From Gemmatimonadota bacterium (lineage in GTDB: Bacteria > Gemmatimonadota > Gemmatimonadetes > Longimicrobiales > Gaopeijiaceae), in the NCBI GenBank assembly GCA_034521595.1, contig JAXHMG010000002.1:64001-128000 (forward strand): 64,000 nucleotides of DNA. Direction: 5' to 3'. Positions 57,154 through 64,000 of this stretch are shown here, in pieces. Under the pieces are notes generated by a model. It did not search any database and was not told the origin of the DNA. It was given only the letters and a program-made list of their open reading frames with translations. The position numbers and the translations under genes are program-made. Numbering within the stretch: the stretch's first letter is position 1; every line of letters starts with the position of its first letter.

Positions 57154-57813
57154 ATGAACGACCAAACGCGCATTTCCGAGACTCCATCCGAAGACCGCAC
57201 CCCGCCTCGGGTCGTGTTCCTCCTGGCACTGATGTTCGCGCTCGCCCCGCTCGCCGCTCCCGTTCACGCCCAGGGCGTCGACGCTGGCGACATCGACACG
57301 GGGGAGATCGAGCGGCGGATCGAGCTCATCGACCCGAAGAGCGGGCCTCCCGGAACGGTCGTGCGAGTGAACACCGAGGACATGCCCGTCATCACGCCCG
57401 TCCGGGTCGGTATGGGCGCGGCGCAAGCGGGGTTCGAGGCGTTCCAGGAGTTGCTGACCGGGCAGGAAGGCGAGTTCGACGTGACCGTGGAGGTGCCGGA
57501 TTGGGCGACGAGGGACCGGGTGCACGTCTTCATCGTGTTCGACATCTACTTCCGCCCTATCGCGCTGTCCGACGCGTTCCACGTCACGGACGAGCGAGGC
57601 TTGGTGCGACGCACGGGGCGGGTCGAGCGGCAGGACTCCGAGTGCACGCTCATGCGGGACATCGACGGCGTGGAGTATGCGCTCGTCGAAGGGGACGGCC
57701 CGGCGGCGAACCTGGAGATGGACACGACCCTCACCCTCGAGGGCCGCGTCCAAGACCGGGAGGTCTGCGGCCTCCGGAACGTGCTCGAGGTGGTGAGCGT
57801 CCAGGGGTCCTGA
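57154..57813 (+). CDS. Exported hypothetical protein
   Basis: Signal peptide ending VHA-Q; Ig-like segment plus a small C-terminal beta domain with two Cys. Confidence 0.7.
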   Translation: MNDQTRISETPSEDRTPPRVVFLLALMFALAPLAAPVHAQGVDAGDIDTGEIERRIELIDPKSGPPGTVVRVNTEDMPVITPVRVGMGAAQAGFEAFQELLTGQEGEFDVTVEVPDWATRDRVHVFIVFDIYFRPIALSDAFHVTDERGLVRRTGRVERQDSECTLMRDIDGVEYALVEGDGPAANLEMDTTLTLEGRVQDREVCGLRNVLEVVSVQGS

Positions 57814-57828
57814 ACCGAGCCCACCCCT

Positions 57829-59541
57829 CTACAGGCTCGGCGTCCTCATGTGGAAGTCGGTCGCGTCCTGGTACGCCTTCGCGAGGCGCAGCATCTCGGC
57901 TTCCCCGTAGACCTTGCCTACGAACATGATGCCGGTCGGCGTACCGTCGGGCGCGAAGCCGTTCGGTACCGTCACGGCCGGGTGCCCGGTGAGGTTGGTG
58001 GCCCCGTTGTTGGGGCTTCCGCCGTGCGGCGCGACGTAGACGTCGAGATCGGCCATGGCCTCGGCCATGTTCTGCATGAGCAGGGTGCGCCGCCGGTTCA
58101 TCTGCACGTACTCGACGGCCGGCAGCAGGCGCGCGACCCGCATCAGCATGTCCTCGGGCTCGTTCCGGTCCTGGATGAGCAGGTCGACCCGCCCGCTCTG
58201 GATGAGCTCGTCGAACGCCGCGGCCTCGTCCACCAGGAGCATCTGGAGGGCGTCCATGTCCGCGTGCTCGGGGAGCTCGAACGGGTGGAGCTCGACGCCC
58301 AACCTTCGGAGCACGTCCAGGGTCGCGAGGTCGTTCGCACGCGCCGCGTCTCCGTCGTCACCTCCGCGGGACGTCTCGAACGCTTCGGCCAGGTATCCCG
58401 CGCGGATCCCGGCCAGCGGCAGGTCCGCGTCCCAGTTGAAGGGCCGGTCGGCCACGGCGAGGTCGCGGAGATCCGGGCCGCGAATGGCCTCGAACACCAG
58501 CGCGCAATCTTCCACGGACCGGCACAGCGGGCCGACCTTGTCGAGGCTCCAGCTGACCGGCATGACGCCGTGACGGCTCACCCGGCCGAAGGTGGGCCGC
58601 AGTCCCGTCACACCGCACGTCCGGGCGGGTCCCACGATGGACCCGAGGGTCTCGGTCCCGATCGAGAAGCCGACGAGCCCGGCCGCCGTGGCCGCGGCCG
58701 GACCGGCGGACGATCCCCCCGAGCCCTGCTCCGGGTCCCACGGATTGCGGGTCCGACCGCCGAACCAGCGGTCCCCGCGGGCGATCTCGCCGGTCGCGAG
58801 CTTCGCGACGAGGACGGCGCCGGCATCGGCCAACCGCCCGACGACGGTGGCGTCGTAGTCGAGGACCTGGTCGCGGTAGGCTTCCGAGCCCCACGTGGTG
58901 CGGTAGCCCCGCTTGGCCAGAATGTCCTTCGCACCCCAGGGGATCCCGTGAAGCGGCCCGCGGTAACGACCGGCCGCGAGCTCACGGTCCGCCCGCTCCG
59001 CTTCCTCCATCGCCAACTCGTCCGTGAACGAGACGACGCATTCGAGCACGCGGTCGTACCGCCGGAGCCGGTCGAGATACATCCGGGTCAGCTCGACGGA
59101 CGTGACCTCGCCCCGGGAGACGAGGGCCGCGAGGTGGGTGATCGGCCAGAACGCCACCTCCTCCAGATCCGCCGGGCGCCGGACGGACGGCGGAGGCGAG
59201 GGACGGAAGGGCCGGCGCTCCTCGTCGAGCCGCTGGCCGGCGACCACCGGGCTGAAGAGCAGCGGCGGCGCCACGTTCTGGTCGATCGGCACCTCACGGA
59301 GCTCCCGGTAGAGCTCGAGGTTCCCCTGCAACGCCTCGACCATCTCCTCGCGGTCCTCCAGGGAAAACTCGAGCCCCGCGAGGCTCGCGGCGTGCTCCAC
59401 CATCTCGGGGGTGATCGCCTCCTGCCCGCCGTCCGACTCGGCCCACAGCACGCCGGGGAAGAGCGTGGAACCGAGACCGAGGCTCCCGCAGTAGGCGAGG
59501 AAGGCACGACGGTGGAGGGGTTCGGACGTCGGAGAGGACAC
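57829..59541 (-). CDS. Amidase signature protein with Tat signal
   Basis: HRRAFL; GPLHGIPWGAKD, GGSSAG, GTETLGSI; AGGAG RBS before GTG 59541. Confidence 0.9.
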   Translation of the reverse strand: MSSPTSEPLHRRAFLAYCGSLGLGSTLFPGVLWAESDGGQEAITPEMVEHAASLAGLEFSLEDREEMVEALQGNLELYRELREVPIDQNVAPPLLFSPVVAGQRLDEERRPFRPSPPPSVRRPADLEEVAFWPITHLAALVSRGEVTSVELTRMYLDRLRRYDRVLECVVSFTDELAMEEAERADRELAAGRYRGPLHGIPWGAKDILAKRGYRTTWGSEAYRDQVLDYDATVVGRLADAGAVLVAKLATGEIARGDRWFGGRTRNPWDPEQGSGGSSAGPAAATAAGLVGFSIGTETLGSIVGPARTCGVTGLRPTFGRVSRHGVMPVSWSLDKVGPLCRSVEDCALVFEAIRGPDLRDLAVADRPFNWDADLPLAGIRAGYLAEAFETSRGGDDGDAARANDLATLDVLRRLGVELHPFELPEHADMDALQMLLVDEAAAFDELIQSGRVDLLIQDRNEPEDMLMRVARLLPAVEYVQMNRRRTLLMQNMAEAMADLDVYVAPHGGSPNNGATNLTGHPAVTVPNGFAPDGTPTGIMFVGKVYGEAEMLRLAKAYQDATDFHMRTPSL

Positions 59542-59691
59542 GAGCGGGCTCCTGGTGGGGATGGACGCGGCCAACGTGGGATGGTGTGAGACACGGAACA
59601 AGAGCGCGTGGGAAGACGACGGCCCGCAGCCCGTGGTAGATTGGAAGAGGACGCATCGTCTCGCACATCTTCGCGCAGGGAGCTCGACCCG

Positions 59692-60018
59692 ATGGACCAC
59701 CCCACCCCCTTTCGTCCGGAGCAGCACGCCGTGTTCGACCCGGAGCGCATGGGCAAGAGCACGCTCTTCCGATCCGAGCGCGTCCTCGTGGGGCTGAACG
59801 CATTCGAGCCGGGTCAGGAGCACCGACTTCACGCCCACGAGGGCATGGACAAGGTCTACCACGTGCTCGAGGGCTCGGGCGCCTTTCTGCTCGCGGACCG
59901 CGAGGAACCGATGGACGCGGGTACCATGCTGGTCGCACCGGAGGGCGTCGCCCACGGCATACGGAATACCGGCGAGGATCGCCTCGTCGTGCTCGCGGTG
60001 TTGGCTCCCGCACCGTGA
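59692..60018 (+). CDS. Cupin domain protein
   Basis: HRLHAH..YHVLEGSG, PEGVAHGIRN. Confidence 0.88.
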   Translation: MDHPTPFRPEQHAVFDPERMGKSTLFRSERVLVGLNAFEPGQEHRLHAHEGMDKVYHVLEGSGAFLLADREEPMDAGTMLVAPEGVAHGIRNTGEDRLVVLAVLAPAP

Positions 60019-60064
60019 CCCTCGGACCCGAGCCCCGTCTCGACGCCATCCGAAGGAGACTCGC

Positions 60065-61588
60065 ATGATGGACCGCAGGCACTTCCTCTCCCTCGCCGCC
60101 ACGGCGGGATCCGCGCTCGGCCTTCCCCGAGCCCTGCGGGGGGCGCCCCCTTTCCGAACGGCCGAATCCCTGGCGGGGCTCGCTCCGGTGGGCGGACAGG
60201 AACGCCGCTATCCGCTCCGCCGAATGCCCGACGTGCGAGGCGAGCGGCTCACGCTCACCGCGGGCACGTCGGACGCGGACCTCGGTCCGGGCACATCGGC
60301 GGCCTGGACGCTCAACGGACGGCACCCCGCTCCCACCATCCACCTGAGCCGGGGAGCAAACGCCCAAATCGTTCTCGAGAACGAGCTTCCGGAGCCCACG
60401 ATCCTGCACTGGCACGGCCTCGACGTGCCCGAGGCCGCGGACGGGCACCCTCGGCTCGCCATCGGCCCGGGAGAGAGCTACCACTACGACTTCACGGTGC
60501 GAGACAGGGCGGGGCTCTACTGGTACCATCCGCACACGCACGAGCGGACGGCCCCGCAGACCTACCAGGGGATGGCGGGCCTCCTCGTGGTGGAAGACGA
60601 AGAGGAGGCCTCGCTCGGCCTCCCGGACGGCGAGCACGAGCTGCCGCTCATCCTTCAGGACAAGCGCCTCGGCGACGGAACGTCGCTGGCATACCGACCG
60701 TCGATGGGTCCGGACCGGATGCTGGGCTATCTCGGCGACACCCCGGTCGCGAACGGGATCGCGCACGCGACCACGACCGTGCGACGGGGCCGCTACCGGC
60801 TCCGGCTCCTGAACGCGTCCAACGCGCGGATCTTCAACCTGGGGCTGAGCTCCGGCGCTCCACTCACCCTGGTGGGCACCGACGGCGGGTTGCTCGAGCG
60901 TCCGATCGGGGTCGACCGGATCCTGCTGGGCACGGGTGAGCGGGCGGACGTCCTGGTCGATTTTTCCCACCTCGAGCCCGGAGAGCGGGTCTTTCTCCGT
61001 TCGTTCGAGTTCCGCGTTCCGGGGATGATGGGGATGGGACGTGGCATGATGGGGGGAAGAGGGATGGGCCCCGGCGGCCGTGGCCGGAGCGTCCCTCCTC
61101 AGGGCGCGGCGATGGATCTCCTCGAGCTCGTGGCTTCCGACGCCCCCGTGGAAGCCCCGCCTGAGCCGCTTCCGGAGCGGCTCTCCACCATCGCTCCGCC
61201 GAACGTCGACGGGAGCACCCCTCGCCGCACCTTTCGCTTCGACAGCCGAATGATGCGCCATACGATCAACGGCCGAAGCTTCGGGATGGAGCGCGTCGAT
61301 CTGCGCATCCCGCGCGGGCGAACCGAGATCTGGGCCATCGAGAACGGGAGCGCCCTCCCTCACCCCGTGCACATCCACGTGGGCCAGTTCCACGTCCTCT
61401 CCCGCTCCGGGGGCCGCGCACGGATCATGCCGTGGGAAACCGGGTTGAAGGATACGGTGCTCGTGTTCCCGAGCGAACGGGTGGAAGTCGCCGTACGCTT
61501 CGAGGAGCATCCCGGACTCTTCCTCATGCACTGCCACAACTTGGAGCACGAAGACATGGGGATGATGCTCAACTTCGAGGTGGAATGA
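60065..61588 (+). CDS. Multicopper oxidase (CueO/SufI-like), Tat-exported
   Basis: DRRHFL; HWHG, YWYHPH, HPVHIH, HCHNLEHEDMGMM; Met/Gly-rich insert. Confidence 0.95.
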   Translation: MMDRRHFLSLAATAGSALGLPRALRGAPPFRTAESLAGLAPVGGQERRYPLRRMPDVRGERLTLTAGTSDADLGPGTSAAWTLNGRHPAPTIHLSRGANAQIVLENELPEPTILHWHGLDVPEAADGHPRLAIGPGESYHYDFTVRDRAGLYWYHPHTHERTAPQTYQGMAGLLVVEDEEEASLGLPDGEHELPLILQDKRLGDGTSLAYRPSMGPDRMLGYLGDTPVANGIAHATTTVRRGRYRLRLLNASNARIFNLGLSSGAPLTLVGTDGGLLERPIGVDRILLGTGERADVLVDFSHLEPGERVFLRSFEFRVPGMMGMGRGMMGGRGMGPGGRGRSVPPQGAAMDLLELVASDAPVEAPPEPLPERLSTIAPPNVDGSTPRRTFRFDSRMMRHTINGRSFGMERVDLRIPRGRTEIWAIENGSALPHPVHIHVGQFHVLSRSGGRARIMPWETGLKDTVLVFPSERVEVAVRFEEHPGLFLMHCHNLEHEDMGMMLNFEVE

Positions 61589-61592
61589 AGGC

Positions 61593-62540
61593 ATGCGGAC
61601 ATCTCTGACGACGAAGCGGACCCGGGTCGCGATTTTTGCCGGAGCGACCTCGGCGACGGTGCTACTCGCGGTCTCGACGCCCGCGGAGTCTCCCGCGCGC
61701 GACGCGGAGATGCCCTTGCCGGCGCCCGAGATCTCGTGGGAGCCGTCGACCCCCGCCCAGGGTCAGATCTTCCTCTTGCGGGTCCACGACACGGCGGGCG
61801 GAGCCATCGGCGCGGTCGAGGGACGGGCAGCGGGAGAGACGCTGCACTTCTCCGCCACGACCGACGGGGGGAGCTTCGAGAGTCTCGTGCCGATTCCGAT
61901 CGAGCAGGAGAACGCGCTCGAGCTCACGCTCACGGTGGTGTACGAGGACGGACGCTCGGTCGAGCTTCCGCGGGCCGTCCCCGTGGCGCCCGGAGCCTAC
62001 GAGCACGAGCGCCTCACCGTGGCGCCCCGGTACGGCACTCCGCCGGATTCGGCCGACCAGGCACGGCTCGCGCGTGACCGCGCCCGGGCGCGCGAAGTTT
62101 CCGAAGCAGCCCATGGGACGCCCCGCATGTGGACCCGGGCCATGGTCCTCCCGCGCGAGGACCGCGTGACGAGCGGCTTCGGGAACGGGCGGGAGTTCAA
62201 CGGCCAGATCATGAGCCGACACATGGGCCTCGACCTCGACGGCGAGACGGGAGACACGGTCTACGCGGCCACCCGCGGAGTCGTGGAGCTCGTCGACGAG
62301 TTCCTCCTGGCCGGAAACATCGTCTACTTGAACCATGGCGCCGGGCTCGTGACCGGCTACTTCCACCTCAGCGAGCAGCTCGTCGCGCCGGGGGATACGG
62401 TGGCGGCCGGCGACCCCGTCGGACGGGTGGGCGCGACCGGCCGGGTCACCGGCCCACATCTGCACTGGGTCGTCCGCTACGGACACACCAGCGTGGACCC
62501 GCGCAGCCTGCTCACCGTGATGGGGGCTCCCGCGCCGTAA
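61593..62540 (+). CDS. M23 family metallopeptidase
   Basis: HMGLD, YFHLS, GATGRVTGPHLHW. Confidence 0.92.
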   Translation: MRTSLTTKRTRVAIFAGATSATVLLAVSTPAESPARDAEMPLPAPEISWEPSTPAQGQIFLLRVHDTAGGAIGAVEGRAAGETLHFSATTDGGSFESLVPIPIEQENALELTLTVVYEDGRSVELPRAVPVAPGAYEHERLTVAPRYGTPPDSADQARLARDRARAREVSEAAHGTPRMWTRAMVLPREDRVTSGFGNGREFNGQIMSRHMGLDLDGETGDTVYAATRGVVELVDEFLLAGNIVYLNHGAGLVTGYFHLSEQLVAPGDTVAAGDPVGRVGATGRVTGPHLHWVVRYGHTSVDPRSLLTVMGAPAP

Positions 62541-62580
62541 CAAGCGGCTCCGCGACCGGCCGCCCTACCACGGGCTGCTA

Positions 62581-63340
62581 GGGCCTGTTCACACTAACGG
62601 GTGTGACGTATTTTGAGGGATGGTTATCACTGAAGAGCAGTATCGACGCATCGAGGGGTGTTTCCCGACTCATCGGGGAAACGTCAAAGTCAGCAACCTG
62701 GACGTGTTGAACGCCATTTTGTACGTGGCGGAGAACGGCTGCAAATGGCGCAGTTTGCCGAAGCGATTCGGGAGATGGCATACGGTCTATAGCCGAATGA
62801 ATCGGTGGGCGAAGGCAGGGGTGTTGGATGAGGTGTTCACGGCCCTGCAGGAAGAGGAAATCATCCGGATCAAGGTGGAGTCCCTGTCGGTGGACAGCAC
62901 GATCGTCCAAGTGCACCCGGATGGAACCGGGGCGGAAAAAAAAACGGACCGCAGTCCATCGGGCGTTCCCGAGGCGGGTGGAGCACCAAAATTCATATGG
63001 TTGCCGCGGATGATCGGAGAGCTGTGAGCTTCTCACTGACGCCGGGCCAGTGGGGCGACGGGCCAGCCGGGCGGGAGCTTCTGCGCGGCCTGCCTCAACC
63101 CGAGGAGCAGGTGTCTCTCATCATGGATCGAGCCTATGAGGGCGACGCGACTCGACAGTTGGCTCTGGATCTTGGCTTCACCCCCGTCGTGCCGCCGAAA
63201 AGACATCGACGACACCCCTGGTCTTTCAACGAGCAACTCTACCGCCGACGCAACGAGATCGAGCGCCTGTTCCGGCGACTCAAGGGCTTTCGCAGGCTCT
63301 TCTCTCGATTCGATAAGCTAGATGTGATGTTTACCGCCTT
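62581..63340 (+). mobile_element. IS5-family insertion sequence (IS427-like, two-ORF), right end missing
   Basis: Left end GGGCCTGTTCACACTA after CTA; lower GC; transposase motifs; no right inverted repeat. Confidence 0.88.
62620..63340 (+). CDS. IS5-family transposase, -1 frameshift at A9 (62936-62944), C-terminally truncated
   Basis: OrfA NGCKWRSLP..WHTVYSRMNRW..DST; -1 frame GRSRGGWSTKIH..MDRAYE..YRRRNEIERLFRRLKGFRR..RFDKL. Confidence 0.85.
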
Positions 63341-64000
63341 CCACCACCGCACGCGAATACGGTACTCGACCGTCGCCTCCCCCCGTGCCTCGATCCGCGG
63401 ATCGAAGGTGAAGGTGCCCGCATCGACACGCGTGGCCGGATGGGTGGACGAGAGGATGTCCCAGTCGCCGCCGACCGGCTCCACGAGCTGGACCGTCACG
63501 TCCTCGTCCTTGTGGTTGCGGACGTCGATCCGCCAGCTGCTCTCCGAGACGCACCGCGACACGGCGGTGTAGTCCATCTGTCGCCGGTCGGCGACGACGT
63601 CGAACGCCTCCCCCATCTTGATGCGGATCTCCTCGTCCCGCGGCGTGTGATCGATCCGGTCCTCGCCGATGAACTGTTGCGCCTCCGAGCCGTCCCGCTT
63701 GTAGACACGCACGATGCCCCTCGGAAGCGGCATCCCCAGCCCCGCCTCCTCGCTGTTCTCGAAGTCCAGGTACACGCCCACCTTCTGGTTCGCGGAGACC
63801 TGGTCGTATTGGCTCCGGTAGTACTGATTCCGACCGCGAAAGATGAGCTTCTTGTCGACCTCGAAGTCGGCGGCCTCGAGCAGAACCACCTGCTTCTGCT
63901 CGTTGTTCACCACGTCGGCGGGACGCTGCAGCGTGTAGAGGTGGTACTCGAAGAACGACTCCTCCGTGAAGCCCGCGGCGGCCGCTTCCATGGCCACGTC
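63239..64000 (-). CDS. DUF4139 domain protein (3' part; 5' end beyond window; reads into the IS)
   Basis: FEYHLYTL, LGMPLPRGIVRVY, FIGEDRIDHTP, GEAFDV, VEYRIRVRW, then ~34 codons of IS antisense. Confidence 0.85.
   Translation of the reverse strand, partial: DVAMEAAAAGFTEESFFEYHLYTLQRPADVVNNEQKQVVLLEAADFEVDKKLIFRGRNQYYRSQYDQVSANQKVGVYLDFENSEEAGLGMPLPRGIVRVYKRDGSEAQQFIGEDRIDHTPRDEEIRIKMGEAFDVVADRRQMDYTAVSRCVSESSWRIDVRNHKDEDVTVQLVEPVGGDWDILSSTHPATRVDAGTFTFDPRIEARGEATVEYRIRVRWWKAVNITSSLSNREKSLRKPLSRRNRRSISLRRR

Noticed and set aside
63341-63572. C-terminal part of transposase ORF 62997..63572
   Set aside because: Sequence after ~63340 is the antisense of the DUF4139 gene, not transposase

Overview
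High-GC bacterial window with about 55 CDSs. Gene content (many exported peptidases, amidases and lipoproteins, DUF4382, CBM48 anti-sigma) suggests Gemmatimonadota, but this is inference. Most genes are housekeeping or scavenging functions, and family labels come from motif recognition by eye, not database searches. Highlights: (1) a translationally coupled operon in which a VapBC-type toxin-antitoxin pair, with an intact palindromic operator, heads a signalling/glycan locus: RHH-VapB antitoxin, then a PIN(VapC)-REC-degenerate GGDEF-REC fusion, a HEAT-repeat membrane protein and a GT2 glycosyltransferase; (2) an ECF sigma / CBM48 anti-sigma locus with three exact copies of a candidate promoter GATGTGACC-N15-GAGTGT, defining a local regulon; (3) an OsmC-like gene with an in-frame TGA at the conserved Cys position followed by a hairpin, a probable selenoprotein that the ORF track splits in two; (4) a cobalamin riboswitch upstream of a TonB-dependent receptor; (5) a highly structured leader before a cold-shock gene; (6) an IS5-family element lacking its right end and joined directly to the 3' end of a DUF4139 gene. 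No rRNA, tRNA or CRISPR array was seen.
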